In this document: piece by piece, positions 46,017 through 54,815 of the stretch
Position numbering within the stretch: position 1 is the stretch's first letter
How the letters are laid out: every line of letters starts with the position of its first letter
Assembly (NCBI GenBank): GCA_044222185.1
Contig: JBGANV010000006.1
Coordinates: forward strand, 250,213 to 314,212
From: Planctomycetota bacterium
GTDB taxonomy: Bacteria; Planctomycetota; GCA-002687715; CAIWVZ01
Reading direction: 5' to 3'
Length of the DNA stretch: 64,000 bases
Position numbers and translations under genes: made by a program
The notes under the pieces: model-generated
The model's database searches: none
Seen by the model: the letters and a program-made list of their open reading frames with translations, nothing else
Told to the model about the DNA's origin: nothing

Positions 46017-48191
46017 TCAGGAGTTGTGCGCCTTGTCGAGGTCGATGACGGCGTCGGTCCACGCCTCGTAGGCGCGATCGCACGTGACCATCACCACCTG
46101 GTGTTCCGGAAGCGCCTTGAGCACGTCGCGCGTCACGCGAACGCGGTCGGCATCGAAGTTGACGAACGGGTCGTCGAGGAAGATGGGGAGGCGCACCTTG
46201 CTGCTCAGGTGGCGCACGACCGTCATTCTCATCGCGAAGTACAACTGATCATGGGCGCCCTGCGAGAGATCTTCCGGCCGAATCCCCACGCGATCTCCGC
46301 TGGCGACGAGCGGCTCGAGTGACGGCCCGAGCTGGACGCGCGTGTACCGATCGCCCGTGATCCGGGCGAAGATCTGGGACATCTCCTCGGAAAGCCTGAA
46401 GACGTCATTCTCCTGAAAATCCTTGATGCAGGCATCGAGGGTGTCGATGGCCTCCTTCAGGGCGTCTTTTTCGACTTCGAGATCCTTGATCCGGGTCTGC
46501 TTCTGGGCGATCGCGTCCGACAGTCCGGCCAGGTCGAAGTCGAGCCGCGCCGACAGGCTCGCGTGTTCGACGCGCGCCTTCTCGAGCCGCTCGCGCTCCG
46601 CATCGCGCTCCTTTTCCCGCGCGGCCAGGTCGGAACGGACACGAGCAACCTCGCGACCGAGTTTCACGGGGTCCGACTGGCCGGCCAGCCAGGTCTCCGT
46701 CGCCACGACTTCGCCGATGGCGGCCTCGATCCTCCCGTGATCGCGTTGGACGTCCTGCCACTGCGTGTTCACGACGTCGCTGTCGCCGATGGTGCGGAGC
46801 GCGGCGAGGTGTCGACGGCGCTCATCGAGGAGCGCGGAGTAGTCGCGATACTGGGCGAGGACGGCTTCCGCATCCGCCCCGACGAGCAACTGCCCCGTCT
46901 CCTTCGCCACGTCGTCCAAACGCTTCTCGCGAGTGCGAACCGAGTTCTCCAACTCGCCGACACGCCGGCCGAGCTCCTCGCGCTGAGCCTTGTAGCCCGT
47001 GCCGAGGTTGCGCCCGACCATCATGCCGATGGCGCCCATGAGGACGGCGCTGATGATCCCGGGCACGGGGCCCAACGGTGTGACGAACCCCGCGATCAAC
47101 GGGACGGCGAACAGGATCGCGCCGAGGACCGCGCCGAGTTTCTTGTTGGGAGAGGGCTGCAGCGACTCGAGGCGGCTCCGCTCGGCAGCCAGGGCCTCCG
47201 TCTCGCGGGATTTCTCCGTCGACTCGGAGACCCACGTCCCGACGAGATCGGGGAAGTTGGGCGAGACGTTGCGAAACTGCACGAACTCGCGGCGAGCGCG
47301 ATCCTCGAGCGCTTTCACCTTTTCATGCGTCTGGAGGAACGTGTCGCGGCGGCGGCGGGTTTCATCGAGCCGGCGTTCGACATCCTGCCGGCGATTGAGA
47401 AGTTCGCAGTAGCGCTCCAGCGTCGTCGCCGTCGATTGCAGGGCCGAAATGGCGACACCGTGGGCCGTCCGGCGGGTCTCCAGCGTCACGATCTCGGCTT
47501 CGAGTTCAGCGCAGCGGTCGAGCTGGCCGCGTCCCCGCTCCAGTTCCTTCTGCGCAGTCGCGAACTCCTCGCGAGCCTGGTCGAGAGCCCGCTTCTTGCC
47601 CTTGCCCTTGGTCTTCCACGGGTTCTCGTGGGTGAGCTCGGCGTAACGGCTGTGAAGTTCGTGGAGCGCGCCCTTGTAGTCGACGGTGCCGGAGCCTGAG
47701 ACGAGGCGGCGGATCTGATCCGACACCTCGGTCTTCAGACTCATCTGGCCCACGAAGACCGTGTTCCGGAACAGGGACTCGTCTTCGATGCCGACCAGGC
47801 GCCCGATGGTCTCGTAATAGTTGCGGTCACTCGCGCCCGCTCCGCGCGGATCGGCGGAACCGTCGAAGAGCGCGACCTCCTCGCCGTCTGTGACCTGCGT
47901 GATCTTGGCGGTCCCCGCGTGGAAGTCGCGCCAGATGATGACGCGGCGCCCGTCGTCGAGAACGAATTCGACCTCGCCGGAATAGGAGTCGTGTTCGGAC
48001 CACGGCTCGTACTTGCGCACGAGATTGAGGTCGCGGAATCCGAAGAGGACGCCGGAGATCGCGTTCAGCAGCGTGGATTTGCCCGCTTCGTTGCGGCCAA
48101 CCACCAGGTTGAGGCGATCGGGCGCGAACGTGACGTTGAGGCCGTGGTTGAACTGGCCGAACCCGAACAGGCGGACGCGGAGCAGCTTCAT
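46017..48191 (-). CDS. SMC/SbcC-like AAA ATPase of the YhaN type with central transmembrane hairpin
   Basis: In-frame ATG at 48191 (MKLLRVRLFGFGQFNHGLNVTF...). Walker A GRNEAGKSTLLNAI, long coiled coils interrupted by KKLGAVLGAILFAVPLIAGFVTPLGPVPGIISAVLMGAIGMMVG, signature LSQGAHDQLYFAMRM, Walker B LPIFLDDPFVNFD. The remaining N-terminal part of the listed 919-aa ORF is Arg-rich shadow overlapping the upstream gene. Confidence 0.85.
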   Translation of the reverse strand: MKLLRVRLFGFGQFNHGLNVTFAPDRLNLVVGRNEAGKSTLLNAISGVLFGFRDLNLVRKYEPWSEHDSYSGEVEFVLDDGRRVIIWRDFHAGTAKITQVTDGEEVALFDGSADPRGAGASDRNYYETIGRLVGIEDESLFRNTVFVGQMSLKTEVSDQIRRLVSGSGTVDYKGALHELHSRYAELTHENPWKTKGKGKKRALDQAREEFATAQKELERGRGQLDRCAELEAEIVTLETRRTAHGVAISALQSTATTLERYCELLNRRQDVERRLDETRRRRDTFLQTHEKVKALEDRARREFVQFRNVSPNFPDLVGTWVSESTEKSRETEALAAERSRLESLQPSPNKKLGAVLGAILFAVPLIAGFVTPLGPVPGIISAVLMGAIGMMVGRNLGTGYKAQREELGRRVGELENSVRTREKRLDDVAKETGQLLVGADAEAVLAQYRDYSALLDERRRHLAALRTIGDSDVVNTQWQDVQRDHGRIEAAIGEVVATETWLAGQSDPVKLGREVARVRSDLAAREKERDAERERLEKARVEHASLSARLDFDLAGLSDAIAQKQTRIKDLEVEKDALKEAIDTLDACIKDFQENDVFRLSEEMSQIFARITGDRYTRVQLGPSLEPLVASGDRVGIRPEDLSQGAHDQLYFAMRMTVVRHLSSKVRLPIFLDDPFVNFDADRVRVTRDVLKALPEHQVVMVTCDRAYEAWTDAVIDLDKAHNS

Positions 48192-48193
48192 GA

Positions 48194-49519
48194 TCAGGCC
48201 TCCTGTTCGCGGGGGGTCTTCAAGATGATCGAGACGTCGCCACGAGCCGGCTTCAGCGGCAGGTTCCCGTTGCTGCCGATGTGCACGGACGGATCCTGCC
48301 GGACGGCCGCGGGCTTCGCCGTTGCGGGTTGGATTTCCACGGAGGGCGTGTCCTCCTCGAGGAACTGTTCCAGGCCAACCGTCAACGCGCGTTCGAGCAC
48401 GGCGAGTTGGCGACGCGCCGTCGCATCCTGCGGATCGGCCTCCAGGCGCGCGTGCAGTGCGTCGAGTTTCGTACGCATGCGTCGCACGAAGAAGCCGCGA
48501 ATGGTGTTCTCGCTTCCCAGGCGGCGAAGCAGGGCGCTGTTGTCGAAGGAGGATTGATCCTCCACGGTCACATACCCGAAGCGCGAATCGATCCCCGCCA
48601 GCACGGCATCGCGATCGAAGAGGAACTCGCGCGTGCCCTGAAGCGTGAAGCGTGCGATCAGCGAGGCCTCGGCCCGCGCGAGCAGCGCCGCGCGGAGCGC
48701 GTCCACGTCGCGGATGTGCTCGGCATCGAGGTCGATGCGCGCGTCGAGGATCGTGCGGCGGTTGAGTGGAATGCACTCGACCATGGTGCCGCCGGTGTCC
48801 AGCGTGACGACCACGAGGGACTTGCGCCCGACGTCTCCGGCCGCGAAGCCCTGGCCTTCGAGCGCGCCGCAGTAGGCCGCGACGCCGTTCTCGAGCCGAT
48901 ACTCGGTGAATTCATGCGCGTGCCCGAGCGCCGTGTAATCCATGCGGCTCCGCTCGAGAGCTTCGACGGGAATGATCCACGGCGAGCTGCGCGTGCGCGC
49001 CTCCGGGTGGTCGGGAACCGCACCGTGCAGGATGCCGACGTGGAATCCGTCCGCTTCGACGCGTTCGAACCCGGCGAAGCGATCGCCCGTTCGACCGGGG
49101 ACGTGCGCAACCCCGTAGAACCAGACGCGCTCGCCGTGGATGTCGCGCTCGAACGGGACACCGGGCTCGGACGCCGTGATGACGTCGACGCCTGGGAACC
49201 GCTCGGTGCGATACACCGAGTCGTGGTAACCCAACGCATCATGGAAGCCGGGCAGGACGACGACCGTCTTGCCGTTCGCGACGAGGCGCGCGAGGAGTCC
49301 GCGAGTGAAGGCCAGTGACTCGCCGTCGGGGCGGCGCGAGTCGAACAGATCACCCGCGACGACGACCGCGTCGATGGCGTTCTTTCCATCGATCGCGAAC
49401 TCGATGGCGTCGCGGAACGTGGCGTGGGCTTCATCGCGACGCGCCGCGGCACGGTCGCCGAGGTAGGCGTGCGACGAACCGAGATGACAATCGGAAAGGT
49501 GAAGCAGACGCACGGGCAT
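48194..49519 (-). CDS. metallophosphoesterase, SbcD/YhaO-like DNA repair exonuclease
   Basis: MPVRLLHLSDCHLG, VVVAGDLFD, VVVLPGFHD, GILHG and LGHAHE metallophosphoesterase motifs. Its stop is 2 nt before the ATPase start. Confidence 0.85.
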   Translation of the reverse strand: MPVRLLHLSDCHLGSSHAYLGDRAAARRDEAHATFRDAIEFAIDGKNAIDAVVVAGDLFDSRRPDGESLAFTRGLLARLVANGKTVVVLPGFHDALGYHDSVYRTERFPGVDVITASEPGVPFERDIHGERVWFYGVAHVPGRTGDRFAGFERVEADGFHVGILHGAVPDHPEARTRSSPWIIPVEALERSRMDYTALGHAHEFTEYRLENGVAAYCGALEGQGFAAGDVGRKSLVVVTLDTGGTMVECIPLNRRTILDARIDLDAEHIRDVDALRAALLARAEASLIARFTLQGTREFLFDRDAVLAGIDSRFGYVTVEDQSSFDNSALLRRLGSENTIRGFFVRRMRTKLDALHARLEADPQDATARRQLAVLERALTVGLEQFLEEDTPSVEIQPATAKPAAVRQDPSVHIGSNGNLPLKPARGDVSIILKTPREQEA

Positions 49520-49748
49520 GGGAGGTGAACTCCGAAACGGAAGTTGGGCCGCGCGTGCCGGTCAGGCCGATGTGCCGAGAGGATTCCGGGGCGCGCAGGC
49601 CGGAAAACACGGGGAAGCTTAGGGGGCGCGCCGGTGGGCGTCAATGGCGAAGATGTTGACGGACCACAGCCGGTCGCGTGTCGACCGGTCGACAGCGGCG
49701 ATCTGTTGAGGTCTGTTTTTGCGTGGAGAGGTCGGCGATCGTTCCCGG

Positions 49749-51149
49749 TCAGAGGCTCGTGATGACCTGGTTGATGCGGAGCGTGTTGAAGTCGCGCTTG
49801 CGGATCGCCGCCTGCTCGTCACGGCCGATCAACAGCACGTCCGCGGTCGCGTGCTCCTGAGCGCGGCGCGGCCCGAGGGCCACGACGGCTTGCAAGTGAT
49901 CTGCAAGGAGCCTGAGGACGCGATCGCTCTTGTCGTCCTGGGTCAGCGCTTGGATCAACGCCAGCGTGCCGCCCATGGAGAGGCTGGATATGGACCCGAT
50001 GACCAGCCGCCCGGTTGCCGAGACCTCCAGGAGGATCCGGAGTCCATCGCTGCCCGCGAACGGGTCCACCGCGACCACGTCCGCGCCCTGCTGGAGGGAC
50101 GAGCGGATGGATGCACCCAGGTCGGCGGCACCAGCCGTGATGGGCCGGCGCATGACGAATCCGCGGGTGTTCTCGAAGGTGTGAAGCCGCTCGTCGGAGT
50201 GAAGCGCCACGCACTTGTCCCGCATGGTCGCGTGATGTTCCGCGAGCGCGGCGACGAGGCTCGATTTGCCCGATCCGAGCGGACCCGCGACCAGGATGAG
50301 GCCCTCCGTGAGCTGGGCCAGCGACGCCTGTGCGTTCCCCATCCCGAAAGAGTCGAGCTTGGGGAGGTCCGTGCGAGCGGGAGTCATGATCACCGTCGGG
50401 CTGCCGTCCTCGTCGATGATCGCGACGGAGAACGCACCCACGTCCGGCGCGTTGTAGACCGCGGTGACTTCCTTGCGCTCACGCAGCGCGAGCGTCTCTG
50501 CCTCCGAGAGAAGCGCCATGATGAACCCGTCGACTTCGTTGCGCTCGACGACGGCGTCCTTGAGCGTGACGAATCCGTCGGCCGTCTTGATTCGTGGCTG
50601 TCGCCCGTGTCGCACGAATACGGCGGAGCCCTTGAGCTCGAACAACGTCACCAGGATCTGGTCGAACGCGTGACGCGTGTACCGATCACGCGCGGGCTCG
50701 GCCTTGCCGGCGACGGCGGTGAAGATCGAGCTGAGCTTTCGGCGGAGCGTGAGGTCCAGGCGCTCTTCGACGCCGGCCGTGATCTCCGTCTGCGTCGCGG
50801 CGTCGTCCTGGTCCGGCTTCTCCTGGCCCACCTCGTCCAGGTTGCGGGCGACTTCGAGCAGGAGGTAGTCCGTCGGCGCCGTGATGTTCTTCTCTTCGAT
50901 GCGTCGATCGAAGTCGATGACGAACGACCCGCGTCGCCAGGTGAAGATGTTGAAGACGGCTTTCTCGCCCGCGTTCATCCGGCCGTCGAGGGCGTGCACG
51001 ATCTGACCGCCGGCGAAGTACAGGTATCCCGTGTCGGGGCCGTTCTCGACGGTGACGTGCGCTGTCTTGCGCCCCGACATCAGCGACTGCGTGATGTCGA
51101 AGATGCTGAACGCACGAAGATCGCCTTCGACCTTGTTGCCGGCTTTCAT
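49749..51149 (-). CDS. DUF4388 (PatA-N-like) domain fused to a degenerate PilT-like ATPase domain
   Basis: N-terminus: GDLRAFSIFDITQSLMSGRKTAHVTVENGPDTGYLYFAGGQIVHA. C-terminus aligns with the adjacent PilT; Walker A GPLGSGKSS is present, but the Asp box, the Walker B Glu and the His box are replaced (CVALHSDERL, VAVDPFAG, GSISSL). Confidence 0.8.
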   Translation of the reverse strand: MKAGNKVEGDLRAFSIFDITQSLMSGRKTAHVTVENGPDTGYLYFAGGQIVHALDGRMNAGEKAVFNIFTWRRGSFVIDFDRRIEEKNITAPTDYLLLEVARNLDEVGQEKPDQDDAATQTEITAGVEERLDLTLRRKLSSIFTAVAGKAEPARDRYTRHAFDQILVTLFELKGSAVFVRHGRQPRIKTADGFVTLKDAVVERNEVDGFIMALLSEAETLALRERKEVTAVYNAPDVGAFSVAIIDEDGSPTVIMTPARTDLPKLDSFGMGNAQASLAQLTEGLILVAGPLGSGKSSLVAALAEHHATMRDKCVALHSDERLHTFENTRGFVMRRPITAGAADLGASIRSSLQQGADVVAVDPFAGSDGLRILLEVSATGRLVIGSISSLSMGGTLALIQALTQDDKSDRVLRLLADHLQAVVALGPRRAQEHATADVLLIGRDEQAAIRKRDFNTLRINQVITSL

Positions 51150-51173
51150 GGCGTGGGTGCGATGACGCGCACG

Positions 51174-52244
51174 TCAGACGCGCGCCATTTCTGGTGAGTT
51201 GCGGTTTCCGTGCGGGGTGACGGTGAAGTGCGGTCCCGCTTCCTGCATGTCGACGACGCCCTGCGACGTGAGATCGGCGAGGTACTGATCGAGGCTGATC
51301 ATGCCGTCCTTGCGGCCGATCTGGATCGCGGAGGCGATCTGGAACGTTTTGCCTTCGCGGATCATGTTCGAGATGGCCGGCGTGACTCGCAGGATCTCGA
51401 AGGCCGCGGCGCGACCCTTGCCCGTCTTGCGTCGCAGGAGTCGCTGGGCGATGACGCCGCGAAGACTCTCGGACAGCATGACGCGGATCTGTTGCTGCTG
51501 ATCGGCTGGGAAGACGTCGATCACGCGATCGACGGTGCTCGCAGCGGTGTTCGTGTGGAGCGTGCCGAAGACGAGGTGTCCCGTCTCGGCGGCGGTGATC
51601 GCGAGGCGGATCGTCTCCAGATCCCGCATTTCGCCCACGAGGATGATGTCCGGATCCTCGCGGAGGGCCGACTTCAACGCGTTCTGGAACGACAGCGTCG
51701 TCCCGCCGACTTCGCGCTGATTCACCAGCGAGAGCTTGTTCTTGTGCACGAACTCGATGGGGTCCTCGATCGTGAGGATGTGCAGTTTCTGCGTCGAGTT
51801 GATGTGATCGATCATCGCCGCGAGCGTGGTCGATTTGCCCGATCCCGTCGCGCCCGTCACGACGACGAGGCCGCGGGGGAGATCGCAGAACTTCATGATC
51901 TGCGGGGGAAGACCCAGCTGGTCGGCCGTGAGGATCTCGGCGGGGATCAGACGGAACACGGCTGCGATGCCGTTGCGCTGCTCGAAGATGTTGCAGCGCA
52001 GGCGCGTCACGCCGGGGATCTCGTGGGCGAAGTCGATCTCCTTGTTCTTCTCGAAGAAGGCGACCTGCGCCGGTGACATCAGCTCGTAGAGGAGCTTGCG
52101 GTTGATCTCGGGGGTGAGCTCGGCCTGCTCGACAGGATGCATCTCATTCGAGATGCGGAGCATTGGCGGAGCGCCCGACGCCATGTGAAGGTCGCTGGCG
52201 CCCTGCTGCTTGATGATCTTGAAGATCTCGTCGATGGACGCCAT
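51174..52244 (-). CDS. pilT: type IV pilus retraction ATPase PilT
   Basis: In-frame ATG at 52244 with GGAGGT 9 nt upstream. Motifs: ASDLHM, GATGSGKSTTLAAMI, ILTIEDPIEF, DIILVGEMRD, GHLVFGTLHTN. Confidence 0.9.
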   Translation of the reverse strand: MASIDEIFKIIKQQGASDLHMASGAPPMLRISNEMHPVEQAELTPEINRKLLYELMSPAQVAFFEKNKEIDFAHEIPGVTRLRCNIFEQRNGIAAVFRLIPAEILTADQLGLPPQIMKFCDLPRGLVVVTGATGSGKSTTLAAMIDHINSTQKLHILTIEDPIEFVHKNKLSLVNQREVGGTTLSFQNALKSALREDPDIILVGEMRDLETIRLAITAAETGHLVFGTLHTNTAASTVDRVIDVFPADQQQQIRVMLSESLRGVIAQRLLRRKTGKGRAAAFEILRVTPAISNMIREGKTFQIASAIQIGRKDGMISLDQYLADLTSQGVVDMQEAGPHFTVTPHGNRNSPEMARV

Positions 52245-52383
52245 GCCGGTGGCACCTCCACGTGTCAGATCGATGGCTCGGCGATGCGCCGGCTCGCGGG
52301 ACCCGATTTCCGACCTCAACTATCGAGATTCCGGGGCGCGGTCCTTGAGCGGGTCGCCGCGTACGGCCGACCAACGGAGGGCG

Positions 52384-52392
52384 TGGTATGAT
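52384..52392 (+). promoter_or_regulatory. possible extended -10 element TGgTATGAT upstream of the PilZ gene
   Basis: Read directly, 27 nt upstream of GTG 52419. An AGGAG at 52406-52410 lies 8 nt before the GTG. No convincing -35 element. Confidence 0.3.
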
Positions 52393-52418
52393 CCGCGCGT
52401 CCACCAGGAGCCTTTGCA

Positions 52419-52802
52419 GTGCCCGAGCAGAAGATCCCCGTCGAGATCATCGAGAAGCGCCGCTTCCTGCGGCTGAACGACTACTTCCGGGTGACCTTCC
52501 GCTCCCTCGATCGACAGGTTTCGGTCACCGGACCGGCCCCCGAGGGCGTGGGCTGGTCGAAGAACCTCTCCCTCGGCGGAATCTGCTTCGTCGCTGACGG
52601 CCCGGCCCACCCGGGCGAGCAACTCCTCGCGCACGTCGAGATCCCCGAGATCGAGGGCGGCCTGCCCGTGATCGGCGAGGTGATCCGCTGCATCGAGATC
52701 AAGCCCGGTCGGTTCGAGCTGGCGATCCGCTTCCTCCCGACCGGCACGGACGAACGCTCCCGCGATCAGCTCGAGCTGTTCATCTACAAGCACTTCCTCT
52801 GA
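52419..52802 (+). CDS. PilZ-domain protein (c-di-GMP receptor-like)
   Basis: 127 aa with a GTG start preceded by AGGAG. RxxxR motif (KRRFLRL) and (D/N)xSxxG motif (KNLSLGG). Divergent from pilT. Confidence 0.8.
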   Translation: MPEQKIPVEIIEKRRFLRLNDYFRVTFRSLDRQVSVTGPAPEGVGWSKNLSLGGICFVADGPAHPGEQLLAHVEIPEIEGGLPVIGEVIRCIEIKPGRFELAIRFLPTGTDERSRDQLELFIYKHFL

Positions 52803-52926
52803 GCTGCTCGATTTCGCGGAGCGCCAGGCTCCGCCTGGCCGGACGGCAGGGCTCCGCCCTGCCATCGCGTCCGACTCCCGCCCGGTCGACCGCCGCAATC
52901 CCACCCCGCTGACCTCCGCGCTCGAG

Positions 52927-53361
52927 GTGCTCTGGCGCCACCTCCTCGGCGGCGTCGCGATGCCGCCCGACGAGCTCGACGATTGGATCCGTGCGTGCGA
53001 AGCCGCGATCCCGGTAGACGACGGTGGCCTGGAGATCGACGGCTCGGACGCGGGCGCAGCCGTGACGTACGCGTGTCGATGCCTGAGGTCCGGCGAAAGT
53101 CAGGATGCCGCATGGGCGGCGCGCCGCGCCTACGAGGCCCTGGACACCTACCTTCTCGCCCAACACGGGCATCGGGCCGGAACGGCGATCGACGAAGTCC
53201 AGCTCCTCCGCCATCCGCTCATTCAGGCCGAGCTCACGCGTCAGCGACGTGACGTCGATGAGCTCGCCGCGGCGTCCGCTCACGATCGGCTGCAAGTGAT
53301 CCGACGCCTGCGCGACCGCGCGCACGATGAGGCGCGTGCGTTCTTCGACGGGAGGCCGTAG
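52927..53361 (+). CDS. hypothetical helical protein
   Basis: 144-aa ORF (GTG start; alternative ATG at 52960). All-helical composition, no recognisable motif. It neighbours SUKH-type genes. Confidence 0.4.
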   Translation: MLWRHLLGGVAMPPDELDDWIRACEAAIPVDDGGLEIDGSDAGAAVTYACRCLRSGESQDAAWAARRAYEALDTYLLAQHGHRAGTAIDEVQLLRHPLIQAELTRQRRDVDELAAASAHDRLQVIRRLRDRAHDEARAFFDGRP

Positions 53362-53425
53362 CCGGTGTCGTCTCCGCGTGAGTGGCGCTCGCGTCCAACC
53401 GGTGTTTCGGTGAGGTTCGCTCCGT

Positions 53426-53818
53426 TCACGCGTCCGTGAACGCGATGAAGCCGCCGTCGAACGCCTGGATCCGAGTGACGCCGTAGGGCGCCAGAGCGCG
53501 CTCGACTGCATCGGTTTGCGTGGCGCCGTAAACCTCCAGGATCGACCATGGGGGATCGCGAGAGAACTCGCCGTGATGGAGATCGAGGGTTCCGAGGATG
53601 TTCACGACCGCGGCGTCGGCGTCACCGTTCCATCGGAAAGTCGTGATCTCCGGCGGGGTCGCACCTCTGGGGTGGCCTGTGAGGATGGCATGGACCGCGC
53701 GCAGGTTCTCCGCAGAATCGCAAACCCAAACGGGGAGACGCGCCGCGAGGTCGACGAGGCGAACGCCAAACGCGGGGTCCACGACGAGCGCGACTCCGTA
53801 GCGGCCCGAAGGGATCAC
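53426..53818 (-). CDS. hypothetical protein co-transcribed with the SMI1/KNR4 gene
   Basis: 130 aa. The start overlaps the stop of the upstream SMI1/KNR4 gene by 4 nt. No recognisable motif. Confidence 0.5.
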   Translation of the reverse strand: MIPSGRYGVALVVDPAFGVRLVDLAARLPVWVCDSAENLRAVHAILTGHPRGATPPEITTFRWNGDADAAVVNILGTLDLHHGEFSRDPPWSILEVYGATQTDAVERALAPYGVTRIQAFDGGFIAFTDA

Positions 53819-54447
53819 GTTCGGCGGCTCATTTTGGGAACCGTCGGCTTGGGGAGATCTCGATCACCGTCGAGGTCGAGCTCGTCCTGCGGCCGCAGGC
53901 CGTCGACGAACTCGGTGAACGAGTTCGCGATGAGTTGGACGTTCCCGGCCGTCTCGATCGATCCGTCCCACGCCGACTCGCGCCACCAGGCCGGCTCGTC
54001 CTCGGTCGATTCCTCCGCCTCGTCCTCCGTCGACACCTCTACCTCGCACGCGTCGGGTTCGCACTCGTGGTCCCAGAAGTAGAGCCTCCCGCGGTGGACG
54101 CCGTCGAGGCCGAGACAGAGGAGATTGCCGAAGCAGTCATCCGCGATCGCCAACAGCCCGCGCGGGATCCGCGGGCCGTACGCACGACGAGTCGACTGAA
54201 GATCGAAGCGCGATTCGGTGCGAACCCCGTAGACGTGGTTGATACCCACATCGGCTGCCACGCCGTCGGGCGTGGGGCCGATGAACCAGAGCACGCCGCC
54301 GAGATGACCACCGTTGCATGCGACGAGGAACCGCCGGTAGTCGTCCGGGAGCGCCGCCCCGAGTTTCAGCTCGAGCGCGCGAATCGCCTTCTCGGATGCC
54401 GGTGGTGACTTCTTGTGGATTCGGTCGAGAAACTCCTCGAGTGTCAT
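53815..54447 (-). CDS. SMI1/KNR4 (SUKH-1) family protein
   Basis: SEKAIRALELKLGAALPDDYRRFLVACNGG...CFGNLLCLGLDG...GRLYFWDHE is the typical SMI1_KNR4 pattern. It carries an acidic insertion STEDEAEESTEDE. Confidence 0.75.
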   Translation of the reverse strand: MTLEEFLDRIHKKSPPASEKAIRALELKLGAALPDDYRRFLVACNGGHLGGVLWFIGPTPDGVAADVGINHVYGVRTESRFDLQSTRRAYGPRIPRGLLAIADDCFGNLLCLGLDGVHRGRLYFWDHECEPDACEVEVSTEDEAEESTEDEPAWWRESAWDGSIETAGNVQLIANSFTEFVDGLRPQDELDLDGDRDLPKPTVPKMSRRT

Positions 54448-54815
54448 GCCGTCACGTCCCCGCGGCGGGATCCTACACGCTCAATTCCCGCAGCGCCTGC
54501 CGGGATCGCGCGTCCGTTGCGCGGTCGTCCGAATCGGAGCCTCCAACGGAGGTTCCGTCGCAGGTCGGCACGAGGTCGAGGAACCGTGCGATTGCGACGC
54601 TTGGTAGCCACCTCGGTGAGGCATGAGACTTGTTGCCTTTCTCCCGTCGAGCGTGGCGCGCCCGCGCGATCCCGTCCGAGTTTGGTCATCGGATGTGGCG
54701 CAGCGTTTTCGGGGACCCACGATCATCGGAGAGCGGATAGGCTCTCGCAGGCGAAATCCAGTGCGGGTCCGGCGCGTGGGCCGGTCGCCGGCGGCTCGTC
54801 GGCGGGGAGGTTGGA

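Noticed and set aside
45498-46083. ORFs 45498..45998 (-), 45743..46048 (+) and 45757..46083 (-) in the 467-bp gap upstream of the small basic protein genes
   Set aside because: Ser/Arg/Pro-rich translations, no motifs, and no start-site support. The region is better explained as terminator plus promoter/leader. A small unannotated peptide or sRNA cannot be excluded.
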